Assembly (NCBI GenBank): GCA_017609205.1
Contig: JAFCEL010000001.1
Location: 150,001-182,000 of the forward strand
Reading direction: 5' to 3'
DNA: 32,000 bases
DNA from: Candidatus Saccharimonadota bacterium
GTDB lineage: Archaea; Nanobdellota; Nanobdellia; Pacearchaeales; GW2011-AR1
How positions within the stretch are numbered: position 1 is the stretch's first letter; each line of letters opens with the position of its first letter. The translations under genes were made by a program, and so were the position numbers. The notes under the pieces are model-generated. The model saw only the letters and a program-made list of their open reading frames with translations. It was not told the origin of the DNA and ran no database searches. Positions 18,391-26,027 of the stretch are shown piece after piece.

Positions 18391-18930
18391 TTATTTTCTC
18401 CAGAAAAGTAATTTTTTTCTTTTCCCACGATTATTAAACCAATAAGAAAGGTAAATAACAGCGGCCAGACCTAATAGTGAAAGAATAAACCGAAGTAAGT
18501 CGTCGCTATATCTCCAATAGCCACCGGCACCGTATAGGATTGTGCCAACCCCACCACCCATTAAACCAGCTCCAACTGCTTCTAATCCAAAAAAGAGCCC
18601 TCCTAAAACAAGAAGCAAAATTCCTAGGGGAAGCGCAATAAAGAAAATTATTTTTGAACGTAATTCCCGAGCACTCTCATAATCCTTTCTACAGCTATAA
18701 TCCCTATCACAATAACCCCTTATATCACCCATTTTATCTGAGCCATAAGAAGTCCATTGCCCTCCAATTTCAATACATCTTGCTTCATTGTCAATAATCT
18801 CTTGTGTTTTTACAGGCAGACAATAATCTTCATATTGAGGCGAAGGATAAAATAAACTAATGCCATAAACAACTACAAAAATTGTCAAAATCATAATAGA
18901 AATTCCCAGAATAATATCCCTCAATTTCAT
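18391..18930 (-). CDS. membrane protein with Cys-rich extracytoplasmic segment (hypothetical)
   Basis: Start moved to the internal Met (MKLRDIILGISIMILTIFVV). The longer track ORF would overlap the divergent aIF-2beta gene and its promoter. One N-terminal TM, a 4-Cys segment, then Gly-rich C-terminal TMs. Confidence 0.5.
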   Translation of the reverse strand: MKLRDIILGISIMILTIFVVVYGISLFYPSPQYEDYCLPVKTQEIIDNEARCIEIGGQWTSYGSDKMGDIRGYCDRDYSCRKDYESARELRSKIIFFIALPLGILLLVLGGLFFGLEAVGAGLMGGGVGTILYGAGGYWRYSDDLLRFILSLLGLAAVIYLSYWFNNRGKRKKLLFWRK

Positions 18931-18979
18931 AAAATAAGAAGGTATTAAAGATTTATAAACTCTTTCACTGCTATAAAAT

Positions 18980-19387
18980 ATGGAATATGAGCAACTTTTA
19001 GAGGAAGCATATAAGAAAGTGAAACAGATAGACACCTCCAGTGAGAGATTCGAGATTCCAAAAATTGAAGGGCATTTTCAAGGAAAAAGGACTATTTTAA
19101 CAAATTTCTTTCAAATAGCATCGCATTTAAGAAGAAGTCCTGAACACTTTCAGAAATTTCTGCTAAAAGAACTCGCTGCATCAGGTTATAAAGAAGGTGA
19201 CAGACTAATACTAAACAATAAAATTCCTTCTGCAAAAATTAACCAAAAGATAGAACAATATGTAAAAGAATTTGTTCTTTGCAAGGAATGCGGAAAACCA
19301 GATACAGAAATAAAAAAAGAAGACAGATTAACTTTTGTCCATTGTTTAGCCTGTGGAGCAAAGCATTCTGTTAGGTCTAAGATTTAA
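18980..19387 (+). CDS. eif2b: translation initiation factor aIF-2 beta subunit
   Basis: YEQLLEEAYKKV start, ...TILTNFFQIASHLRRSPEHFQKFLLKELA..., and C-terminal zinc ribbon CKECGKPDT...CLACGA. Confidence 0.93.
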   Translation: MEYEQLLEEAYKKVKQIDTSSERFEIPKIEGHFQGKRTILTNFFQIASHLRRSPEHFQKFLLKELAASGYKEGDRLILNNKIPSAKINQKIEQYVKEFVLCKECGKPDTEIKKEDRLTFVHCLACGAKHSVRSKI

Positions 19388-19507
19388 TGTGAGTAGTTAT
19401 TTTAGAATCCCCTTAGAAAACCAGACAAATCAAAACTCTTAAAAACAAATCTTTCTATACAGGATATAAAATTCCTTAGAATTTTATGAATTAAAGATGA
19501 GGTAAAA

Positions 19508-19702
19508 ATGGTAGAAGCTTATTGTGTGAAATGTAAAAAGAAAGGGCAGAAAATGAAAGATGCCAAGATTAAAAAAACGCCCAGAGGAGGATATATGGCA
19601 AAAGGAAAATGCCCTGATTGCGGAACAACAATGTGCGCAATGATGTCTGAGGAAAAAGCAAATAAAGCGATTGAATCAGGTGAAGCAGAAAAAGAATTCT
19701 AA
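19508..19702 (+). CDS. small zinc-ribbon protein (DUF5679-like)
   Basis: CVKCKKK...MKDAKIKKTPRGGYMAKGKCPDCGTTM pattern. GAGGT Shine-Dalgarno 4 nt upstream of the ATG. Confidence 0.55.
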   Translation: MVEAYCVKCKKKGQKMKDAKIKKTPRGGYMAKGKCPDCGTTMCAMMSEEKANKAIESGEAEKEF

Positions 19703-19744
19703 AACCCTCAGCAACACTTTTAAATTCTTTATTTTTCATTTTTT

Positions 19745-20041
19745 ATGTTAATCAAAATCCACAAATCTTATAGGGACGTCGTTGCAATCTGTGATTCTGA
19801 ATTAATTGGAAAATATTTTGAAGAAGAGGGATTCCAATTAGATATAAAAGAATCTTTTTATAAAGGCAAAGAAGTCTCTGAAGAAAAAGCAAAAGAGATT
19901 GTAGAGAAGATGTCTCGCGAAGATGCAACATTCAACATTGTAGGAGAAAAGTCAATAAAATGTGCAACAGAGACTGGAATCATCTCAGAAGAAGGAGTTA
20001 AAAAAGTTCAGGGAATTCCTTTCGCACTCGTACTTTTATAG
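19745..20041 (+). CDS. conserved archaeal protein, DUF424-like
   Basis: 98 aa. VVAICDSELIGKYFEEEGFQLDIKESFYKG...ATFNIVGEKSI...GIISEEGVKKVQGIPFALVL fits my memory of the DUF424/COG2412 pattern. Confidence 0.5.
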   Translation: MLIKIHKSYRDVVAICDSELIGKYFEEEGFQLDIKESFYKGKEVSEEKAKEIVEKMSREDATFNIVGEKSIKCATETGIISEEGVKKVQGIPFALVLL

Positions 20042-20116
20042 ATATTGTCAATGAATCTAAAGGTTTATTCAGGTCTATAACCTCTAATTTTATAAACACT
20101 CTTTATTTTTTAAACC

Positions 20117-20443
20117 ATGGTAGCAAAAAAAAATTTTCCAGACCCAGACGAGCCAAGAATAAAAAGAGCAAAACTCCCAAAGGAAGGAGAAGTAATAGGA
20201 ATAATTGAACAACGGCTTGGAGGGAACAAAATGATGGTTAATTGTCTTGACGGAAAAACAAGAAATTGCCGAGTTCCAGGAAGATTAAGAAGAAGATTAT
20301 GGTTAAGACCAGAGGATGTAGTCATTATTCAACCATGGGAACTCGACGATACAAAAGGAGATATCTTATTCAAATATCCTTCAAACCAGATTGAATGGCT
20401 AAAAGCGAATGGTTATCTTAAAACAGAAAGTATAGAATTCTAA
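20117..20443 (+). CDS. eif1a: translation initiation factor aIF-1A
   Basis: S1-like OB: LPKEGEVIGIIEQRLGGNKMMVNCLDGKTRNCRVPGRLRRRLWLRPEDVVIIQPWE. Confidence 0.95.
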   Translation: MVAKKNFPDPDEPRIKRAKLPKEGEVIGIIEQRLGGNKMMVNCLDGKTRNCRVPGRLRRRLWLRPEDVVIIQPWELDDTKGDILFKYPSNQIEWLKANGYLKTESIEF

Positions 20444-20510
20444 ATAAACAATATCAACCCCTAAAAATACCCAACCAAAACCTTAAAACTATTTATTTCT
20501 TCATGAAATT

Positions 20511-21011
20511 ATGAAGAAAATAATCTGTGAAAAACTTCCGAGAATAACCAAAAACAGGCGAAAATTAGAAAAGAAATTAAATGTAAAAATCACAAATAGA
20601 GGCAAAGAAGTTTTTATCAATGGAGAGCCTGAAGATGAATACCTCGCAGAGAAAGTTATTGATGCCCTTAATTTTGGCTTTCCCTTTTCAACAGCTCTGC
20701 TAATCAAAGAACAAGGTTATGAATTTGAAATCCTAAACATAAAAGATTATACAAATAGAAAAGATTTGGAAAGAATTCGGGCAAGAATAATTGGAACAAA
20801 AGGAAAGGCTCTGAAAACTCTATCTTCTCTAACAAAGTGTGACCTTGAGATTAAGAATAACTACATAGGAATAATTGGACATCCAGAACTGATCAAAAAT
20901 GCTCAAGGAGGAGTTATATCAATAATCAGAGGGACAAAGCATGGGAATGTCTATAGGCACTTAGAAAAATCCAAATCAAAACCTGTTTTGGACTTAGGAT
21001 TAAAAGAATAA
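20511..21011 (+). CDS. KH-domain RNA-binding protein (archaeal Pno1/Dim2-like)
   Basis: Two KH-like units. IIGTKGKALKTLSSLTKCDLEI carries the GxxG loop. The position just after aIF-1A matches a conserved archaeal neighbourhood. Confidence 0.7.
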   Translation: MKKIICEKLPRITKNRRKLEKKLNVKITNRGKEVFINGEPEDEYLAEKVIDALNFGFPFSTALLIKEQGYEFEILNIKDYTNRKDLERIRARIIGTKGKALKTLSSLTKCDLEIKNNYIGIIGHPELIKNAQGGVISIIRGTKHGNVYRHLEKSKSKPVLDLGLKE

Positions 21012-21044
21012 ATTTTAAAAGGAAATTTCTCTTATTTTTAGCAA

Positions 21045-21160
21045 GTCCCGGTAGCTCAGTTGGTAGAGCGCATGGCTGTTAAATTCAACTTGTTGAATAA
21101 CCACAAAACGTCTGTTTTGCAGGAACCATGGTGTCGTAGGTTCGAGTCCTACCCGGGACG
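21045..21160 (+). tRNA. tRNA-Asn (anticodon GUU) with 43-nt intron at 37/38
   Basis: Acceptor GUCCCGG/CCGGGAC. D arm GCUC-AGUUGGUA-GAGC. Anticodon stem CAUGG/CCAUG. Loop CUGUUA|intron|A. V loop GUGUC. T arm GUAGG-UUCGAGU-CCUAC. Discriminator G. ATTTTAAAAGG box about 29 nt upstream. Confidence 0.9.
21082..21124 (+). other. tRNA-Asn intron
   Basis: Exon CUG(U) 21076-21079 can pair with intron (G)CAG 21119-21122, flanked by 3-nt bulges UAA and GAA. Two internal hairpins: AUUCAA/UUGAAU (21083-21098) and CAAAAC/GUUUUG (21104-21119). Confidence 0.7.
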
Positions 21161-21198
21161 TTTAATTAATTTTATAAATACAATCCTCTTTGCTATTA

Positions 21199-21753
21199 AT
21201 GGAACTCCAGAAAGCAATTAAAAAAAGAAAGAGTGTGAGAAAATTTAAAACAAAAAAACCCGATTGGCGAGATATAATTGAGTGCATTGATTCTGCAAGA
21301 TATGCACCAATGGCAGGAAATTTATTTACTCCAAGATTCATCCTAATAGATGATAAATCAACTATACAAAAACTTGCAGAAGCAGCACAACAGGATTTTA
21401 TTGCAGAGGCAAAATATGTAGTCATAGTCTGCTCATCAAAAGAGAAAACAATTAATTCTTTTGGAGAAAGAGCAGAAATCTATGTTCGTCAACAAACAGG
21501 AGCAGCAATTCAGAATTTTCTCCTTAGCCTGGAAGAGAAGGGATTAGCAACATGCTGGATAGGGCATTTTGTCGAAGAGCAAGTCAAGAGAGTGGCAAAA
21601 ATTCCAGATAATGTCCAAGTAGAAGCATTTTTTCCAATAGGTTATGCATATTCAGATGCAAAAGGAAGGAAAAAAGTCATGATAGATGATGTCCTTTACT
21701 TTCACAACTATAAAAACAAAAGAATGAAAATTCCAAGAATGCCTTATGCCTAG
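21199..21753 (+). CDS. nitroreductase-family flavoprotein
   Basis: ELQKAIKKRKSVRKFKTKKP...IIECIDSARYAPMAGN... is the nitroreductase N-terminal signature. Start set at ATG 21199 (the track start at 21190 is TTG), 25 nt downstream of TTTATAAATA (21169-21178). Confidence 0.85.
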   Translation: MELQKAIKKRKSVRKFKTKKPDWRDIIECIDSARYAPMAGNLFTPRFILIDDKSTIQKLAEAAQQDFIAEAKYVVIVCSSKEKTINSFGERAEIYVRQQTGAAIQNFLLSLEEKGLATCWIGHFVEEQVKRVAKIPDNVQVEAFFPIGYAYSDAKGRKKVMIDDVLYFHNYKNKRMKIPRMPYA

Positions 21754-21809
21754 AATAATTCTTATAACTTAAAAATCCCCGGGAATTTTCCCGAGGATAA
21801 AATAAAAAA

Positions 21810-22889
21810 TTAACTTAACACTTCTATACCTAAGTCAGAAATTTCTTTTGACATAGGCATTGACTGCTCTTCAAGATCCTTACCAAGCACATAAGGAGAC
21901 TTGACACCAGTCATTATTGTTATCACTCGCACTTTTCCGACAAAATCCTTGCTAATTCTTGCACCAATGATAACTTGTGCTTCAGGACTTAAATTTTCAG
22001 AGACAGTTCTTCCAATAATGTCAAACTCTTCTAATTTCAAATCAGGACCACAAGTCACGTGTATTAAAGCGCCAGTAGCACCTCTGTAATCCACATCAAG
22101 TAGAGGATGAGTAAGTGCCTGCTGTACTGCTTCTTGAACACGATTCTGTGTATCATTCTCTCCGATACCAATCACAGCAACACCACCATTCTTCATTATT
22201 GCTGAAACATCTGCATAATCCAGGTTAATTAAACTTGGAAGTGTAATTGTTTCTACAATTCCTTTAACCATTGTGCTAACTAATTCATTAGCAACAGCAA
22301 ATGCCTGCTCGATTGGTAATTGTCCTGCAATATCTACAAGCCTGTTATTATCAAGAACAATGCAAGTATCTGTAACTTCTCTAAGCTCTTGCAATGCAAA
22401 TTCTGCCTTATCGATTCTTGCTTTCTCAGATTCAAAAGGCATAGTAACAACACCTATAACAACAGCACCTGTCTCTTTAGCAAGCTGTGCAACAACAGGA
22501 GCAGCACCTGAACCAGTTCCACCGCCCATTCCAGAGAGAACAAAAACCATATCAGCGCCAGAAACTGCTTTCTTTAAATCTACAATTGCTTCTTTTGCTG
22601 CTTCTCTCCCTTTATGAGGCATACCACCAGCACCAAGCCCTCTTGTTAGCTCTCTTCCAATAAGAACCTTTTCGTCAGACTTTGTGACACTCAAGTGTAA
22701 AGCATCTGTATTTGCCCCATAAACTGTTGCTCCATTAATTCCTTTATTAAAGAGCCAAGTAACCATGTTACATCCGCAACCTCCAACACCAATTACCTTT
22801 ATGCTAGCTTTTCCAGCTTTCAAATCGTCGAAATTGATACTGTGCGAATCTGCATGTTCAATTGCTTCTTTTGCAAAATCTAATGTCAT
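21810..22889 (-). CDS. ftsZ: cell division GTPase FtsZ
   Basis: IKVIGVGGCGCNMV and the tubulin signature SGMGGGTGSGAAPVVAQLAKE. NDTQNRVQEAV T7-loop region. AGGAGGT SD (22897-22903, minus strand) upstream of the ATG. Confidence 0.96.
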   Translation of the reverse strand: MTLDFAKEAIEHADSHSINFDDLKAGKASIKVIGVGGCGCNMVTWLFNKGINGATVYGANTDALHLSVTKSDEKVLIGRELTRGLGAGGMPHKGREAAKEAIVDLKKAVSGADMVFVLSGMGGGTGSGAAPVVAQLAKETGAVVIGVVTMPFESEKARIDKAEFALQELREVTDTCIVLDNNRLVDIAGQLPIEQAFAVANELVSTMVKGIVETITLPSLINLDYADVSAIMKNGGVAVIGIGENDTQNRVQEAVQQALTHPLLDVDYRGATGALIHVTCGPDLKLEEFDIIGRTVSENLSPEAQVIIGARISKDFVGKVRVITIMTGVKSPYVLGKDLEEQSMPMSKEISDLGIEVLS

Positions 22890-23111
22890 TTTTCATACCT
22901 CCTTTCAGCCATATTTCCTCTTTGCTAAACAAAGGTTGAAGTAATCAACAAAAAATTTAAATAGTTGACATACTTCCAAATACCATTATAGAATAAGAGG
23001 AAATTAAGCACCTCTTGTATGCATACAAGGTTTAATTTATTCAAAGCGCCAACCTGAATAAATTAATATAATAAGAAAGTTAATAATTTGTTCTATATAA
23101 AGATTTTTATA

Positions 23112-23690
23112 TTAGAGAATAGCATTTAATTTGTTAATTTTACTCCATCCTTTCTTTAGATTAAGGTTTGATTTGATTATAATCAATTTTAAAAACTCGT
23201 CGTTGACTAAAAGTTTTTTATGAATTATTGGGAATTCTAATTTTTCTGTGCTGATTAATTCAAGCAAAAAACCTTTATCAGAAACTTCCATAATCCCGCT
23301 TCTTTTCCATCCAGCATTTCTTGCTTTCTTTAATAGTCTCTTAGCATCATCTAATTCTTTGCAAATAACATGAAGTATGGGTGGCTCTTGCTTAAACTTG
23401 ACAATCTTCCTAGATTCTATTTTTTCTAAATCAGATTTAATTTGAGAGAATTCAATTAAATCATGATAAACTCTCAAGAACAGTCCATGCCTCTTTTCTG
23501 AGCTATCTATAATAAGAACAACCCTTCCTGAACATGATGAAGTTGTATAATAATTCTCAAAAGAATTTATCTTCTTACATAGAGAAGAAATCTTTTTATC
23601 CCAATTTTTCTTAAAGGACTTGTCTTCTTTAGATAAAATAGATGCTTTTCTTTGGTAAAAGTTTTTTTTCATAAAGAGTATTTTAACCAT
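23112..23690 (-). CDS. taw3: tRNA wybutosine/wyosine biosynthesis methyltransferase Taw3 (TYW3 family)
   Basis: KNWDKKISSLCKKINSFENYYTTSSCSGRVVLI carries the TYW3 TTSSCSGR motif. The start is either 23690 (8-nt overlap with the upstream gene) or the internal Met at 23672. Confidence 0.8.
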   Translation of the reverse strand: MVKILFMKKNFYQRKASILSKEDKSFKKNWDKKISSLCKKINSFENYYTTSSCSGRVVLIIDSSEKRHGLFLRVYHDLIEFSQIKSDLEKIESRKIVKFKQEPPILHVICKELDDAKRLLKKARNAGWKRSGIMEVSDKGFLLELISTEKLEFPIIHKKLLVNDEFLKLIIIKSNLNLKKGWSKINKLNAIL

Positions 23691-24165
23691 TTAATTCTTT
23701 TTTGAGTTCATTAAAAGAAATATACCTCAAATCAAGACTTTTGTCTAATTCAGAAGGCAACTTTCCTGATACAAGCTCTTTTATAATATAAACTGGCTTA
23801 GGTTTAAACCATTTTGAATATGCAATCTCTGCCAAGACTCCTACGGCATAGCCAATACATAAAAGAACATCTGTTTCTTCATTTAATTTCTCAGGTTGAT
23901 TTCTCCATGTTCCGCAATTAATTCCCTCTCCTAAATCAAGATTGACCCATTCTTTATACCCCAATTCAACATCTTCTAATGGGAGCACTTCCCAGACTTT
24001 TTCCCCCTTATTTCTTAGATATTCTTGTGCAAAAAATTCAGATGCAGAACCCTTATCAGGTGTTACAACAATTTCATATCCTAATTCTGCGATTAGCTTA
24101 GCTAATTCAGATATTTTCTCTTTATCTCCTCTCAATTTGCTTGGACCAATAATCCCAATCTTCAT
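23683..24165 (-). CDS. Rossmann-like protein, divergent LOG/TIGR00725 (SLOG-superfamily)-like
   Basis: MKIGIIGPS...ELAKLIAELGYEIVVTP...TDVLLCIGYAVGVLAEIAY...KPVYII follows the LOG-family layout. However, the usual GGGxG and PGGxGTxxE motifs are degenerate (PDKGSAS, GYAVGVLAE). Confidence 0.35.
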   Translation of the reverse strand: MKIGIIGPSKLRGDKEKISELAKLIAELGYEIVVTPDKGSASEFFAQEYLRNKGEKVWEVLPLEDVELGYKEWVNLDLGEGINCGTWRNQPEKLNEETDVLLCIGYAVGVLAEIAYSKWFKPKPVYIIKELVSGKLPSELDKSLDLRYISFNELKKELNG

Positions 24166-24185
24166 TTGATAAATCCATTAGTAAA

Positions 24186-24851
24186 TTATATCTTCTCTAA
24201 AATCATACATTCTATTCCAAACTCCTTGCACATATCACAAAATTCCTGAGCATCCTCCTTGCTTCCGATAATGCTTCCATAATGCATCGGAATAGCAAGA
24301 TCTGGTTTGAGTAGTTTTGCAACATCAGCAGCTTCTTCTGCACTCATAGTAAATCTTCCTCCAACAGGAAGCAACACAATAAATTTTTTTCCATTGTGCT
24401 TATGTCCAGTTAGTCTCTGCATTTCTGGAATATTATCTGTATCTCCGGCATGATAAACCATTACCTCATTCATTTTAAGAAAATAGCCCACCCAATCATC
24501 TTCTTTTTGATGAAAACTTTTATCAATATTATATGCAGGAAAGGCAGTAATCCTGATGTTTCCTAAAACAATTTCTTGTCCTGGCTCTATTATAATCATC
24601 TCAACAGGGGCTTTAAACTTCAGAATCTTACTTTGGCAATCAGCAGGCATTATTATTTTAGTGCCTTCCTTAATTATTTTCTCTATATCTTCAATACTAC
24701 AATGGTCATAATGGCTGTGAGTTATCAGAATGATATCTGCTTTTTCTAATCCGTCTTTAATTTTATAAGGATCAATATAAAGTATTTTAGAATTCTTTAT
24801 CAAAAATCCTGCATGCCCCAACCACTTAATCTCAATACCATTAATTTCCAT
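24186..24851 (-). CDS. metallo-beta-lactamase-fold hydrolase (UPF0173-like)
   Basis: IKWLGHAGFLIKNSKILYIDPY, ITHSHYDH (HxHxDH), YHAGDT and PMHYG motifs. Start placed at the internal Met (MEINGIEIKW), as is typical for the family. Confidence 0.85.
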   Translation of the reverse strand: MEINGIEIKWLGHAGFLIKNSKILYIDPYKIKDGLEKADIILITHSHYDHCSIEDIEKIIKEGTKIIMPADCQSKILKFKAPVEMIIIEPGQEIVLGNIRITAFPAYNIDKSFHQKEDDWVGYFLKMNEVMVYHAGDTDNIPEMQRLTGHKHNGKKFIVLLPVGGRFTMSAEEAADVAKLLKPDLAIPMHYGSIIGSKEDAQEFCDMCKEFGIECMILEKI

Positions 24852-24874
24852 GGAATAGAAAACAGAGTGAGTTT

Positions 24875-25366
24875 TTAAGGATTTTTCTTCCACTCTACAA
24901 CGTTTCCTTTTTTCAATTTCTTATCCAACATTTCTAATTCCTCATAAATCCCCTCAATTAACTCATAATTCTTAGATTCTTCAAGATTCACCCATTTATA
25001 ATCTGTCAAAGCATTGCATAATTTAATGTTTTCTCCAATAGGCTCTGCCCATAAACTCATAATCATAGTCGGTATTTTATCACTTCTGATATAAACCATG
25101 CTTGTAACATAACCAATATTTTTAATATCTAACCCTACTTCTTCTCTCACTTCTCTTTTTATTAAATCTTCAAGAACATTATACCAGTGGTCAGAAGTAT
25201 CTTTCTTTCTTAAAACATAATCCAGAACTTCTAATTTTCCTCCTGGCACAGTCCATTTTCCAGGAAATGCTTTTTCCCAATCAGCTCTTTTAACAATTAA
25301 GAATTTTCCCTTGCTGACTAAAATACAAGTAGCAACAATATAATGGACTAAATTTTTATTATACAT
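24875..25366 (-). CDS. NUDIX hydrolase
   Basis: Intact Nudix-box core REVREEVGL preceded by PGGKLE, with an insertion of about 19 aa between them. Start at the internal Met (MYNKNLVHY) with a TATA box about 24 nt upstream. Confidence 0.8.
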   Translation of the reverse strand: MYNKNLVHYIVATCILVSKGKFLIVKRADWEKAFPGKWTVPGGKLEVLDYVLRKKDTSDHWYNVLEDLIKREVREEVGLDIKNIGYVTSMVYIRSDKIPTMIMSLWAEPIGENIKLCNALTDYKWVNLEESKNYELIEGIYEELEMLDKKLKKGNVVEWKKNP

Positions 25367-25382
25367 AAAAAACTCTATCACA

Positions 25383-25397
25383 ATTATATTTAAATAG
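25383..25397. promoter_or_regulatory. shared AT-rich TATA element (ATTATATTTAAATAG) in the 53-bp divergent spacer
   Basis: Its centre is about 24 nt from the minus-strand ATG (25366) and about 30 nt from the plus-strand ATG (25420). It is the only TATA-like box between the two Nudix-related genes. Confidence 0.5.
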
Positions 25398-25419
25398 TTC
25401 CTCAAAAAATTTGACTAAC

Positions 25420-26022
25420 ATGGAGCAAAAAATTTTAGAAACATTTCTTTACAATCACAAATTAAAATTTAATGAAATTGAGAAATTAACAAAAATCCGC
25501 TCAAATAAACTCGCTTATTATATTAAAAAATTAGAAAACAAAAATATTCTCGAAAAAGAAAAAGATTTTTACAAACTATCTGAAACAGCTGAACTTTTAA
25601 TTCCTTATATAACTAGTAAAAAATCTGTTCTTGCAATAATCTTAATTGCAATTGAAAAAAATAAGAAAGTTTTTCTTTATCCTCGACAAAAACGGCCATT
25701 CAAAAACAAGCTTTCACTTCCAGGAGGCAGGCTTATTTTAGGAGAAACAATAAACAATGCAGTAAAAAGAATTATGAAAGAAAAATTTAATATAAATGCA
25801 AAATTAAAAAAAATAAATTCTGTATCATTAGAGCATGTAAAAAAAAACAAAAAAACAGCTCATTCATTTTTATTAATCTTTACAACAGCGACGACAAAAG
25901 ACAATATTGAATATTTTAATATTGAAAAAAATAAAACTAAAATAATTCAAAGTGACTATAAATTAATAAAAAATGATTTAAACAAAGAAATTAAAATTAA
26001 AACTCTTTTGACAAAAAGTTAA
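25420..26022 (+). CDS. winged-helix DNA-binding domain fused to a degenerate NUDIX domain (putative ligand-sensing regulator)
   Basis: N-terminal ILETFLYNHKLKFNEIEKLTKIRSNKLAYYIKKLENKNILEKE is wHTH-like. The C-terminal GGRLILGETINNAVKRIMKEKFNI keeps Gx5Ex7R, but REUxEE is replaced by RIMKEK. Start at ATG 25420 (the track start at 25411 is TTG). Confidence 0.6.
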   Translation: MEQKILETFLYNHKLKFNEIEKLTKIRSNKLAYYIKKLENKNILEKEKDFYKLSETAELLIPYITSKKSVLAIILIAIEKNKKVFLYPRQKRPFKNKLSLPGGRLILGETINNAVKRIMKEKFNINAKLKKINSVSLEHVKKNKKTAHSFLLIFTTATTKDNIEYFNIEKNKTKIIQSDYKLIKNDLNKEIKIKTLLTKS

Positions 26023-26027
26023 AGAGA

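Noticed and set aside
22965-22992. Bacterial sigma70-like TTGACA-N16-TATAGA on the plus strand in the ftsZ/taw3 spacer.
   Set aside because: The genome is archaeal (TBP/TFB-type promoters), and the motif points into the 3' end of a convergent gene. It is a chance match in AT-rich DNA.
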